DNA of 64,000 nt from Solirubrobacterales bacterium (GTDB lineage: Bacteria; Actinomycetota; Thermoleophilia; Solirubrobacterales; Solirubrobacteraceae): contig JAFAWR010000300.1 in NCBI GenBank assembly GCA_019241635.1, positions 363 to 64,362 on the forward strand, given 5' to 3'. The position numbers and the translations under genes are program-made. Below the pieces are notes generated by a model. That model was not told where the DNA came from. It made no database searches and worked only from the letters and a program-made list of their open reading frames with translations. Positions 45,780-55,917 of the stretch are shown here, one piece after another; position 1 is the first letter of the stretch, and the number at the start of each line of letters is the position of its first letter.

Positions 45780-47196
45780 TCAGGCCGGCTCGGGCCGGGT
45801 CAGCGCCTTCACGAAATCCTCGAGCTGATCGGTGCGCCAGCACTCGAACGCCGTGCAGTGCTTCTCGTAGGCTGAGATCACGCTGTCGCCGTAGTTCCAG
45901 TACAGGCGCGGCTCGGGGTTCAGCCAGAACGTCCGGCCGGCCTTGGCGGTGATCGCGGCGAACACGTCGTCTCGGGGCGGGCGGCCGTTGGTGCGGGCGT
46001 CGCCAAGCACGATCACGGTGGCGCGGGGATGGAGCTCGTCCTCGATCAGGGCCAGGAACTCGAGCCACACCCGCCCGTAGTCGGTGTAGCCGGAGATGTC
46101 GGCGACGCCGGCGTCTTTGGAGATCGCTTCGGATGCCGCGCGGAAATCGCGCTCTCTTTCGAGGACCGCGGTCACCTCCGAGATGCGTTCGATGAAGACG
46201 AAAGAGCGGAGCTTGCGGAAGGCGTCGTGGAGAGCGTGGAGTACGGACAGGAAGAAGGTCGATGCGCTGGTTACCGAGGTCGAGACGTCGCACAGGACGA
46301 AGATCTCGGGTCGTCGGGGTCGCTTCGGCCGGTACTTCAGAGCGATCGGGACGCCCCCGGTCTGCAGCGAGGCGCGCATGGTCCTGCGGAAGTCGACGTG
46401 GGCGTGCCGGGTGTGCCCCTTCAGCTCGTGGCCCTGGGTGGCGAGGCGCCGCTTCAGCTGGGCGACCACCTTGTGCACGGCGGCCAGGTCCTGGATCGGG
46501 CCGGTGGGGAGGGCGCGCTCGAGCTCGTTGAGCGGGCGCTTCGGGGGGAGGCTCGCCGTGCGCTCGATCAGGTTTCGCTCGAGCTCGCGTCTGAGATGCT
46601 GCTCGAACTTCCGGAGTTGGTCTCGGGGCAGTCCGTGATGTCTCGGGTCGTCCTCGGGGAGGTCAGGCTGGGGCTCCGTCCTGAGACCCAGCGCGCGTCT
46701 GATGCGCTGCACGTCGACGCCGAGGACACCGGAGCCCTCGCCGCGACCGAAGGCGGCGATGGCCAGGCGGGCCAGGTCTCTGAGCGCGTCGTCCGAGCCG
46801 TCTCTGAGGGCGGCGGCGATCTGCTGGCGCAGCGTGTCGAGGTTGATGTCGTTGTTGCTGGGGCCGTTCGAACCCGGGGACTCGGTGATGTTCCGGCGCG
46901 CGGCCTGGGCCTCGGTGGCGCGGAAGAAGAAGCGGTCGAAGACCAGCTCGAAGATGCGGCGATCGTCGTTTGACTTGGCCAGGGTGGCGGCGAGCGCCTC
47001 CTTGAAGTCCTGCTGCTCGGTCCAGTGGACATGGGTCAGCGCCTGGAAGGAGTCGAGGATCTCCGAAGTGCCGATGGCGACGCCCTCGCTCCTCAGATCC
47101 TCGGCGAAGGCGAGGAGCTGTCCGTCCAGAGCCCCCGGCGGATGGTCCGGGATGCCCCCGTAGATCGCCTTCCCCGCTCCCGGGCTCGCTCCGCGG

Positions 47197-47210
<14 letters not shown>
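45780..47210 (-). CDS. CoxE-like VWA-domain protein
   Basis: DFRRTMRASL, LCDVSTSV (MIDAS), GYTDYG, LGDARTN, WLNPEP. Confidence 0.88.
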
Positions 47211-48075
<865 letters not shown>

Positions 48076-48192
48076 GCCTGCTTCGGTCTGCATCGAGTCC
48101 GTCCAAATATAGGCGTCGCTCTGTAACAAGTCGGGGTCGGGGGTCGGTGGCGGGTCCACACTGGGCCTGTGCCGCTTGATCCCAACGTGGCT

Positions 48193-48293
48193 AACGTGCA
48201 ACTCGGCCCCGCCCGGGAGACGAGTTCCCGCTCCGCCACGTATAGCGGGGTCAACCGCGAACTCGACCACCCGGGCGCGGCGAATGTGCGGTT
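48193..48293. repeat. Long imperfect palindrome directly upstream of the DUF559 gene
   Basis: Nested arms GCCCGGG/CCCGGGC and CGAGTTC/GAACTCG. Confidence 0.6.
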
Positions 48294-48299
48294 AGTACG

Positions 48300-49217
48300 G
48301 TGAGCGGGGACGGCGCCGACCGGGTGATCGGGCGGATCGCGGCGAGCCAGCGCACGATCGTGGGCGCGGAGCAGGCGTATGCCCGCGGGGTCACCAGGCG
48401 GGCGATCGAGTGGCGGGTGCTGACCGGTCGCATGCACCTGGTGTTCCGGGGGGTGTACTCGTTCGGCTGCGGGATTCTGCCGCCGCTGGCCCGAGAGCAG
48501 GCCGCGCTGATCTCGTGCGGCGAGCACACGTTCCTCAGCAACTGGACGGCCGCGGCGATCTGGGGCCTCGGACCGAAGCTGCCGGATCCGGTCGAGGTTT
48601 CCGTGGTGGGCCGCCGTTGCCGTCCGCGGGACGGGATACGGGTGCACGAGATCAAGGAGATCGACCGGCGGGAGCTCCGTCGCCACAAAGGACTGTGGGT
48701 CAGCTCGCCGGCGCGGGCAGTGCTCGAGATCGCCGCCACCGGATCGACGTACGAGCTCACGCGCGCGATCGACCAGGGGCTCGCGGGCCGGCTGTTCACA
48801 CCGCGGGAGCTGTCCGACGTGCTCGCGCGCAATCGACCCTGCCGGGGATCGGCGCGCCTGGCGGCGATCCTGGCCGACCCGACGAGCGCCGCGGTCAGCC
48901 GCTCGAAGCCCGAGAAGCGCCTGCTCCGGTTGATCCGCGAGGCGGGCCTGCCCACGCCGGAGACGAACGTCGAGTTCGGCCGGTTCGAGCTCGACTTCTT
49001 GTGGCCGCGCGAACGGCTGGTGGTCGAGCTCGACGGCTACAGCTTCCATCGCGGGCCGGGTGCCTTCGGGCGAGACCACGACAAGGACCTCGCCGTGCGG
49101 GCGGCCGGCCTCGAGATGCTGCGCTTCACCGGCGAGCACGTGCAGAAGCGCGCGTGGATGGTCATCGCCACGATCGCCGGAACGCTGGCCCGGCTCCGGG
49201 CCGCCGGCCGGGGCTAG
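48300..49217 (+). CDS. AbiEi-like N-terminus + DUF559 (Vsr-like PD-(D/E)xK) protein
   Basis: RGVY, LS..TAA..WG, SRS.PE, ELDFLW, LVVELDG..FH, D..KD, LRFT. Confidence 0.85.
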   Translation: MSGDGADRVIGRIAASQRTIVGAEQAYARGVTRRAIEWRVLTGRMHLVFRGVYSFGCGILPPLAREQAALISCGEHTFLSNWTAAAIWGLGPKLPDPVEVSVVGRRCRPRDGIRVHEIKEIDRRELRRHKGLWVSSPARAVLEIAATGSTYELTRAIDQGLAGRLFTPRELSDVLARNRPCRGSARLAAILADPTSAAVSRSKPEKRLLRLIREAGLPTPETNVEFGRFELDFLWPRERLVVELDGYSFHRGPGAFGRDHDKDLAVRAAGLEMLRFTGEHVQKRAWMVIATIAGTLARLRAAGRG

Positions 49218-50197
49218 CGATCGAGGCGGCGGGTGTCGTCGTCGCCGAGCCGCAGCGTGGCGTCCTCGCCGAGCACGGCGGTGTCGTCCTCCCTGCCGGC
49301 GAACGGGATCGTCAGCTGCTCGTCGGCGGGCGGCTTCGGGACCGACCTGCGGATCGTGATGTCGGCGTCCGAGCGCTTGGCCCGGCCGAAGGGCATGGTC
49401 GGCGGATCGTCGGGGACGACGCGCTCGAACAGCTCGGCCGCGGTGGCCCGCCGGCGGGGCCGGCCGGGCGCGGGGTCAGCCGGCGGTGCCTCCGGGGGCC
49501 GTGGGCGCTCGGGCCGGGCGGGGGCCGGCGCGGCAGGGGCCCTCGCGGCGGGGGCCCTCGCGGCGGAGGGCCGTAGGCGCTCCGGTCCGGCGGGCGCCGC
49601 CCGACGCATGCGCACCGTGGTGGCTGCCGCGCTCGACCCTGCCGGCGGCTCATTCGTGCCCGGCAGCGGTGGCTCGGGCCGGTGGGCGGCGCGGATCCGC
49701 GAGCCGCTGTAGGCGAGGAAAGCCGCGGCGGCGAGGGCGAAGAAGATGCCCCATTCGATGCCGGAGGTCGTGGCCGACGGTCCGTTGGTGGTCGCGCCCT
49801 GCTTGTCGAAGATGCGCCAGACGATCAGCACGCAGGTCCACACGCCGGCGGCCGTGATGACGCCGCCGTCGCCACCCGGCAGATGGAAGGCACGTCCCTC
49901 GGCGCGCTGGAAGAGCAGCGTGATCACGCCGGCGGCGACGAGCAGAACGGCGGCTTCGACGAACGAGAAGGCACCCCAACCGGTGATCGTGGCGCTGGCT
50001 GACTGGAGGGCGGAGGTCTTGGCCCGGGCGATCAGCGTCACCTGATACCAGGGCAGGAACAGCGTCACGAACAGGGCGCCCGAGGCGAACGCGGCCAGCC
50101 GGGACTCGTGGGGCAGGGCCCGCCAGGCCCGCACGAGCCGAGTCGTCCCCGAGCCCAAGCGATGCGCGGCACCGGCGGCGGTGGGCCCCTCGCTCAT
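49214..50197 (-). CDS. Membrane protein with Pro/Arg-rich tail
   Basis: About 4 TM helices (FLPWY motif) then low-complexity tail. Confidence 0.7.
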   Translation of the reverse strand: MSEGPTAAGAAHRLGSGTTRLVRAWRALPHESRLAAFASGALFVTLFLPWYQVTLIARAKTSALQSASATITGWGAFSFVEAAVLLVAAGVITLLFQRAEGRAFHLPGGDGGVITAAGVWTCVLIVWRIFDKQGATTNGPSATTSGIEWGIFFALAAAAFLAYSGSRIRAAHRPEPPLPGTNEPPAGSSAAATTVRMRRAAPAGPERLRPSAARAPAARAPAAPAPARPERPRPPEAPPADPAPGRPRRRATAAELFERVVPDDPPTMPFGRAKRSDADITIRRSVPKPPADEQLTIPFAGREDDTAVLGEDATLRLGDDDTRRLDR

Positions 50198-50245
50198 GGT
50201 CCGATTGTAAGGGGCCCAGGAGCGGCGGCGGGAGGGGTTCCCCCT

Positions 50246-50722
50246 CTAGAGGATGGGAATGTCCTGGACCTCGACGGCCTGCTCGCGCCGGCGCTCGAGG
50301 CGCTCCAGATACCAGTCGATCAAGGCGCGCAGGGCGAGGAGCAGCTCGCGCAGCGCGCCGATGAGCCGCCGCTGGAGATCGGGTGGAACGAGCTCGCGCA
50401 GGGCCTGGACGAGCGCCACGAACGGGTCGATGTCAGGGATGCCGGCGCGGCCATCGTCCGGGACCTGCCAGCCGGCCGGCGGGGGTTTGGCGGAGGGCTT
50501 GCCCGCGGCATCAGGGTTACCGGCACCTCCGGGGTTCTCGGCGGCGCCCGGGACTGCGCCGGCGGCGGCCTCGGCGGCCTGGGCCATCAGTCGCTCGGCT
50601 GCCTCGGAGGCGCGGTCGAGGCGTTGCTCGAGCCGGCGCAGTGCCTCCTCAGCCGAACCGGGGGGAGGGGGTGCGGGTGGGCGGGGCTCGCCGGGCCCGG
50701 CTGACTCAGACGGGCTTGGCAT
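50246..50722 (-). CDS. Hypothetical protein coupled to the ArsA gene
   Basis: Helical C-term ALRELLLALRALIDWY...VQDIPI; overlaps the ArsA stop. Confidence 0.7.
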   Translation of the reverse strand: MPSPSESAGPGEPRPPAPPPPGSAEEALRRLEQRLDRASEAAERLMAQAAEAAAGAVPGAAENPGGAGNPDAAGKPSAKPPPAGWQVPDDGRAGIPDIDPFVALVQALRELVPPDLQRRLIGALRELLLALRALIDWYLERLERRREQAVEVQDIPIL

Positions 50723-51902
50723 CGCGGGCTCCGCGGAAGCTGACCTCGAGCGCCCCGTCCTCGAACGTGGCGGCGCTGGGCTGGAAGGCGGCCAGCGCCG
50801 AGGGCAGGATGATCGTGCGCCGCTGCCCATCCACGCCGACGATCAGCTCGAGCCCGATTTTCTTCAGCGAGATGTCGCCCTTCTCGGCGAACGGCAACAT
50901 CAACCGCAGCCGAGCACCGTCCTCGGACACGCTGAGCTCCTGGGTCAGGCGGTCGTGGAGGACCGCGGCCGGGTCGACGCCGTCGGGCCCGCCGAACAGC
51001 TCCGAAGCCAAGCGGTCGAGCATCTCGCCGCCGAGCACCTCGGAGTCGAAGAAGGGCGCACAGAGCACGGGGACCGGGGCGAAGGCGGATCGGACGAGCG
51101 AGAGATGCTCCTCCTGCACGCGGCGCCAGCCTGCGAAGTAGTCCCCGACCTCCGAGGGGAACACCCGGTTGACGATCACCGCGTCGGTCAGATAGCCGTA
51201 CAGGTTCAGGTAGGTGAACGTCCGCATGGCCTCGCCGATGACCATCTTGTCCGGGTTCATGACCAGGCGGACCGTGCAGCGCTCGCGGTCACGGAGGATC
51301 TCGTTCATCGCGATCAGGTTCTTGGAGAGGCGCTGGACGTCGGCGAACACAGCAGAGCCGGGCAGCTGGATGTCGAGGAGCGAGCGGGCAAGGGGCCGGG
51401 CCGCGGCGAGCAGCTGTCGCTCGAGCGGAAACACCTTCTCGATCCACCAGCGCGCGACGTCCGGGAACGACAGCAGGCGCAGGGTCTCGCCGGTGGGGGC
51501 GCAGTCGACGACGATCGCGTCCCACTCCGGCGACTCGTGCGCCGCCTGCAGCCGCAGCAGCGAGAACAGCTCGTCCATGCCGGGCGGGACGGTCAGCTCC
51601 TGGGCCGAGATGTGGTCGAGTCCGCGCTCGACGAACACCTCGCCGAGCCACTCCTGCACGCCCGACCAGTGGCGCTCCATCTCGTCCTGGGCGTTGACCT
51701 CCTGGCCCCACAGCCGGTCTGACACGGCGCTCGGCTCGGGACCCAGCGAGGCGCCGAGCGACTCCGAGAGGCTGTGCGCCGGGTCGGTCGAAAGCACGAG
51801 TGTGCGCAGTCCCGATGCGGCGCAGGCCCGCGCGGTGCACGCCGCCACCGACGTCTTGCCGACGCCGCCCTTGCCCGTGTAGAGGATGGTCCGGGGGGCC
51901 AT
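50706..51902 (-). CDS. ArsA/Get3-family ATPase with C-terminal HSP20-like domain
   Basis: GKGGVGKT, STDPAHSL, PGMDE, VDCAPTGETLR. Confidence 0.92.
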   Translation of the reverse strand: MAPRTILYTGKGGVGKTSVAACTARACAASGLRTLVLSTDPAHSLSESLGASLGPEPSAVSDRLWGQEVNAQDEMERHWSGVQEWLGEVFVERGLDHISAQELTVPPGMDELFSLLRLQAAHESPEWDAIVVDCAPTGETLRLLSFPDVARWWIEKVFPLERQLLAAARPLARSLLDIQLPGSAVFADVQRLSKNLIAMNEILRDRERCTVRLVMNPDKMVIGEAMRTFTYLNLYGYLTDAVIVNRVFPSEVGDYFAGWRRVQEEHLSLVRSAFAPVPVLCAPFFDSEVLGGEMLDRLASELFGGPDGVDPAAVLHDRLTQELSVSEDGARLRLMLPFAEKGDISLKKIGLELIVGVDGQRRTIILPSALAAFQPSAATFEDGALEVSFRGARDAKPV

Positions 51903-51983
51903 GATCGGGCGAGTCTAGACCGGCGCGTCGCCAAGGACCGGCTGCTACATTCGCCGCGAGGGGCACAGTCGGAAAGGGACGCG

Positions 51984-53138
51984 ATGCATCATCGGAGAAC
52001 CGCATTCACGGGCGTGGTCATGGTCGCGCTGGCGAGCCTCGCCCTCGCCGCCTGCGGGAGCAGCAACAGCTCACCGTCCGGCAGCCCAAGCACGCTGCTC
52101 AGTCAGACCTTTACCGGCACCCACAAGGTCACCAGCGGGGTGCTCAACCTGACGCTGACCATCGACCCGTCCGGGTCGAGCACGTTCAGCGGCCCGATCA
52201 CGCTGAGCTTCGGGGGCCCGTTCCAGACCCTCGGCTCGGGCAAGCTCCCGGAATCGAACTTCACCGTCAGCGCGAGCGCCCTGGGCCGGAGCGTGTCGCT
52301 GGGCATCCTGTCCACCGGCACGAGCGGCTACGTCACGCTCCAGGGCGTGAGCTACCAGATGCCCCAGGCGACCTTCCAGAGGCTCGAGTCGAGCTTCGCG
52401 CAGCTGGCCTCGGGCGCCGGCGGGAGCAGCCAGAACTCGGGAGCCCTGGCCAAGCTGGGGATCCGCCCGCTGCAGTGGCTGACCCATCCGAGCACCGTCG
52501 GCGTCGAGACGGTCGGCGGCGCCCAGACCGACCACATCCACGCCGGGGTCAACGTGCCGTCGCTGCTGAATGACCTCAACACGTTCCTCGAGAAGGCATC
52601 CTCGGTCAGCAACGTGGCCGGCGCGTCGCGGCTGAAGTCTGGTCTCTCAGCGACCACCCGGCAGAAGATCGCCGCGGCGATCCGCAACCCGAGCTTCGAC
52701 GTGTGGACAGGAACCAGCGATAAGACGATCCGACGCCTGACCATCGCCTTGACGCTGCCGGTCACCGGCAGCCTGTCGAGTCAGACCGGCGGGGTCAAGT
52801 CGGCCGACATCGGGCTGACCATGCAGTACTCCGAGCTCAACCAGCCGCAGACGATCACCGCGCCGACGGCGGTCCGGCCCTACAGCGAGTTCCAGAGCAA
52901 GGTCAGCGGGTTCATCCAGGGGCTGCAGGGCGCGGCCTCCGGCGTGCTCGGCGGCACTGGCTCGAGCGGCGCTGGTTCGAGCGGGAGCGCCGGTTCGAGC
53001 GGCGGCGCGAGCACCGGGGGGTCAAGCACCAACGGCTCCTCGTCCAACGTCACCAAGTACAGCCAGTGCATCCAGCAGGCGAACGGCGACGTGGCCAAGA
53101 TGCAGAAGTGCGCGTCGCTGCTCGGCAGCGGGGGCTAA
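51984..53138 (+). CDS. Lipoprotein (LppX/LprAFG-like fold possible)
   Basis: Lipobox LAAC after a hydrophobic stretch; Ser/Gly-rich tail with a terminal Cys pair. Confidence 0.8.
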   Translation: MHHRRTAFTGVVMVALASLALAACGSSNSSPSGSPSTLLSQTFTGTHKVTSGVLNLTLTIDPSGSSTFSGPITLSFGGPFQTLGSGKLPESNFTVSASALGRSVSLGILSTGTSGYVTLQGVSYQMPQATFQRLESSFAQLASGAGGSSQNSGALAKLGIRPLQWLTHPSTVGVETVGGAQTDHIHAGVNVPSLLNDLNTFLEKASSVSNVAGASRLKSGLSATTRQKIAAAIRNPSFDVWTGTSDKTIRRLTIALTLPVTGSLSSQTGGVKSADIGLTMQYSELNQPQTITAPTAVRPYSEFQSKVSGFIQGLQGAASGVLGGTGSSGAGSSGSAGSSGGASTGGSSTNGSSSNVTKYSQCIQQANGDVAKMQKCASLLGSGG

Positions 53139-53167
53139 CCGCGTCGCTGCTCGGCAGCGGCGGCTAG
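53112..53167. repeat. Direct duplication of the last 9 codons of the lipoprotein gene
   Basis: GCGTCGCTGCTCGGCAGCGG(G/C)GGCTA twice, 2 bp apart. Confidence 0.75.
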
Positions 53168-53168
53168 G

Positions 53169-53477
53169 TCACTCGCGCCCGAGCTCCTCCTGCTCCTCCT
53201 CGTACTCCTCGGGCTCTTCGTCGGGGTCCGCGCCGGCACCCTCCGGCGCGTGATGGGTCTGGAACGTCTGCAGGAGCTCGTCGCGGCGATCCTCCTCGAC
53301 CGGAACCTCGTCCGAGATCAGGACCCAGTCGGCGCCCTCGAACTCCTCCATGTTGAAGATCTCGGCGTCGAGCTCGGGCGAGTCGTCAACGATGACCAGC
53401 ACCTCGGTCTGCGGGTTGAAGTATGTGCCGGGGCGGTTCAGCAGCTCGTCGAGCTCGAAGCGGCGGGGGTCTGCCAT
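53169..53477 (-). CDS. Small acidic hypothetical protein
   Basis: 102 aa, high-GC3 codon usage, PGTYFNPQTEV motif. Confidence 0.7.
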   Translation of the reverse strand: MADPRRFELDELLNRPGTYFNPQTEVLVIVDDSPELDAEIFNMEEFEGADWVLISDEVPVEEDRRDELLQTFQTHHAPEGAGADPDEEPEEYEEEQEELGRE

Positions 53478-53545
53478 GGCGCGGGAGCCTAGCGGTTAGA
53501 GCCCGCTGAGCGCATGGTGGTCAGAGCCCGCTGAGCCCCCGGCGC

Positions 53546-53968
53546 TCACAGCCCGCCGAGGGCCGTGATCTCCCGCTCGATCTCGGCCTCGACGTCGAGC
53601 GGCGGCTTGCCGGCGCGCACCCGGCGGTGGTTGCGGGCCACCACGAGCTGGCGGATCTCCTCGCGCAGCGCCGGATCGACGGCCGGCGCGGTCAGGCGGG
53701 CGAGCTCCTCGTCGACATCGATGGCCGCCTCGCCGCGGCGGGCCCGGCGCTCGTTGCGCGCCTCCAGGAGCTGGCGGATCTCGTCGTCGCGCTCGGTCAC
53801 GCCGGCATTCCGGGGCGTTTCGTGGTCCATCACGAAGCGGCCCTTGCCGTAGTCCTCCCAGGTCTTGCGGCTGGCGATCAGCGCCCCGAAGGCGATGATC
53901 ACGGCCAGGATGCACACGACCCAGATGACGATGTTGAACGACGAGTGCACGCCGTAAGTGTGGCGCAC
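53546..53968 (-). CDS. Small membrane-anchored hypothetical protein with an internal repeat
   Basis: N-term TM; two EIRQL..ARN.RR.R.G...DV..E units; start uncertain. Confidence 0.7.
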   Translation of the reverse strand: MRHTYGVHSSFNIVIWVVCILAVIIAFGALIASRKTWEDYGKGRFVMDHETPRNAGVTERDDEIRQLLEARNERRARRGEAAIDVDEELARLTAPAVDPALREEIRQLVVARNHRRVRAGKPPLDVEAEIEREITALGGL

Positions 53969-53988
53969 CCGCCCCGTGGCCTCGGTAC

Positions 53989-54037
53989 TGACCGGACGGG
54001 GTCGCCCGGCCCCACGGACGCCGCCGAAGGCGGCCCC
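53989..54037. repeat. REP-like two-hairpin repeat family B, copy 2
   Basis: TGACCGGACGGGGTCGCCCGGCCCCACGGACGCCGCCGAAGGCGGCCCC matches 11308-11357. Confidence 0.7.
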
Positions 54038-54117
54038 GATCAGACATCCGCCTATCCGCGCGGGCGGGATGTGCGAGAGGAGGTTGGTAACGACCGTTGA
54101 TTGGGTAGCATTAGAGC

Positions 54118-54135
54118 ATTGACTGACTAGTCAAT
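54118..54135. promoter_or_regulatory. Palindromic operator upstream of acyl-CoA dehydrogenase (TetR-like)
   Basis: ATTGACT-GACT-AGTCAAT in an AT-rich promoter region. Confidence 0.55.
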
Positions 54136-54158
54136 CTACTTCGCCAAGGAGAACCCAA

Positions 54159-55331
54159 GTGGTTGATTTCACGCTCACCGACGAGCAGCGGAGCATGCGC
54201 GAGATGGCGCACGACTTCGCCGAGAAGGAGATCCGGCCCGTTGCCTGGGAGTACGACCGGGACGGGACCTGGCCGCAGGCGCTGGTCGAGAAGGCCTGGG
54301 AGCTCGGGCTGATGAACAACCACTTCCCGGAGGAGTACGGCGGCGCGGGGCTCGGCTATCTCGAGGGCTGCCTGATCGAGGAGGAGCTGGCCTGGGGCTG
54401 CTCGGGCATCAGCACCTCGCTGACCTGCAACGGCTTGGCCACGGCGCCGATCATCCTGGCCGCCTCCGAGGAGCTCAAGAAGGAGTATCTCGGTCGCCTG
54501 GCCGAGGCGCCGCTGCTGGCCTCGTTCTGCCTGACCGAGCCCGACGCCGGGTCAGACGTCTCCGGCATGAAGACGACCGCCGTGCGCAAGGGCGACAAGT
54601 GGGTGATCAACGGCTCCAAGTGCTTCATCACCAACGGCGAGTACGCCAACTGGTACACGGTCTACGCCAAGACCGACAAGGAGGCCGGCCATCGCGGCAT
54701 CTCCTGCTTCCTCGTCCCCCGCGACGCCGGTGTGATCGTCGACAAGCACGAGGACAAGATGGGCCAGCGGGCCTCGAACACCGCCACCGTGGTCTTCAAC
54801 GACGTGGAGATCCCGGCCGATCACCTCGTCGGCGAGGAGAACAAGGGCTTCAAGATCGCGATGATGACGCTCGACCGCACCCGCCCGGGCGTGGCCGCGA
54901 TGGCCACCGGCGTGGCCCGCGCGGCGATGGAGTTCGCCATCGAGTACTCCAAGCAGCGCGTCCAGTTCGGCGTCCCGATCGCCATGCACCAGGCGATCCA
55001 ATTCATCATCGCCGACATGTCGACCAAGGTTCATCTGTCGCGCCTGGCCACGTGGCATTCGGCGGTCCTGCTCGATCAGGGCAAGCGCAACACGCTCGAG
55101 TCCTCGCACGCCAAGCGCTTCGCCGCCGACTCCGCGATGGAAGTGACAACTGACGCGGTTCAGGTCTACGGCGGGTACGGTTTCATCAAGGAGTACAAGG
55201 TCGAGAAGCTGATGCGCGACGCCAAGATCCTCCAGCTCTACGAGGGCACCGCACAGATCCAGCGGCTGGTGATCGCGCGCGAGACCTTGCTGCCGCGGCG
55301 CGTGGAGGCGCCCGCACCGGCAGCCGCATAA
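54159..55331 (+). CDS. Acyl-CoA dehydrogenase
   Basis: FCLTEPDAGSD, NGSKCFITNG, KMGQRAS, R.QFG.PI, YGGYG, QLYEGT.QIQR; AAGGAG RBS. Confidence 0.95.
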   Translation: MVDFTLTDEQRSMREMAHDFAEKEIRPVAWEYDRDGTWPQALVEKAWELGLMNNHFPEEYGGAGLGYLEGCLIEEELAWGCSGISTSLTCNGLATAPIILAASEELKKEYLGRLAEAPLLASFCLTEPDAGSDVSGMKTTAVRKGDKWVINGSKCFITNGEYANWYTVYAKTDKEAGHRGISCFLVPRDAGVIVDKHEDKMGQRASNTATVVFNDVEIPADHLVGEENKGFKIAMMTLDRTRPGVAAMATGVARAAMEFAIEYSKQRVQFGVPIAMHQAIQFIIADMSTKVHLSRLATWHSAVLLDQGKRNTLESSHAKRFAADSAMEVTTDAVQVYGGYGFIKEYKVEKLMRDAKILQLYEGTAQIQRLVIARETLLPRRVEAPAPAAA

Positions 55332-55356
55332 CTCTTAGTTCCCTGGGGCTGGGCGG

Positions 55357-55396
55357 GAGGCGCTGGGACGGCCATGCAGGGGCGTCCCAGCGCCTC
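55357..55396. terminator. Hairpin between convergent genes
   Basis: GAGGCGCTGGGACG...CGTCCCAGCGCCTC perfect 14-bp stem. Confidence 0.7.
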
Positions 55397-55406
55397 AACA
55401 CTACGA

Positions 55407-55601
55407 TCAGTCGCGCGGAGCCTTGGTTTCCTCGCGCCCGACGACATCGAGGGCGTCCCACGGTCGGATCGGCTCGTCGGGGTGCGGGCGGACGCTGCCA
55501 CTGCATTTCTGGCAGCGCTCACGGTCCGAGGGGTTGACCCAAAGGCACCTCGGGCACTGCCACTGCTCCCGGTTGACCCAGCGCCCGGTCGGATCAGACA
55601 T
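55407..55601 (-). CDS. Small RanBP2-type zinc-finger protein
   Basis: WQCPRCLWVNPSDRERCQKC = W-x-C-x2-C-x3-N-x6-C-x2-C; ATG overlaps the upstream stop. Confidence 0.6.
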   Translation of the reverse strand: MSDPTGRWVNREQWQCPRCLWVNPSDRERCQKCSGSVRPHPDEPIRPWDALDVVGREETKAPRD

Positions 55602-55917
55602 GCGGATCCGGGGCGGGAACAATCAGCGCGGCGGCCTTCGGCTTGGCGGTGGGCTTCGATTTCGGTTTCTTGGTCATCGCGTAGACGCCGACCACGATCA
55701 CCCCGAGGCAGAGCGCTCCGCACACCCCGGCCAACGTGTAGCCGCCCAGTCGTGATCCGCTGGCCCGCGAGCCGTTGGCCCGCGAGCCGTTCGCGAGCTT
55801 GAGGCCGAGCAAGAGAAACCCGAACGCGACCACGACGCCGGCCCCCGCGGCCAGAGTCACCGCGAAGATCTTCCACATCGCGCTCCAGTCGACGATCGGC
55901 GTGGCGAGGACGAACAT
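55594..55917 (-). CDS. Small 2-TM membrane protein coupled to the PiT gene
   Basis: MFVLATPIVDWSAMWKIF...; TGATG overlap with PiT. Confidence 0.75.
   Translation of the reverse strand: MFVLATPIVDWSAMWKIFAVTLAAGAGVVVAFGFLLLGLKLANGSRANGSRASGSRLGGYTLAGVCGALCLGVIVVGVYAMTKKPKSKPTAKPKAAALIVPAPDPHV

Noticed and set aside
50706-51902. Arsenic-resistance operon
   Set aside because: No arsB/C/R/D; single-domain ArsA/Get3-like protein with HSP20-like tail
53112-53545. CRISPR array or att sites from short direct repeats
   Set aside because: Only 2-3 adjacent copies at gene ends, no spacers, cas or integrase
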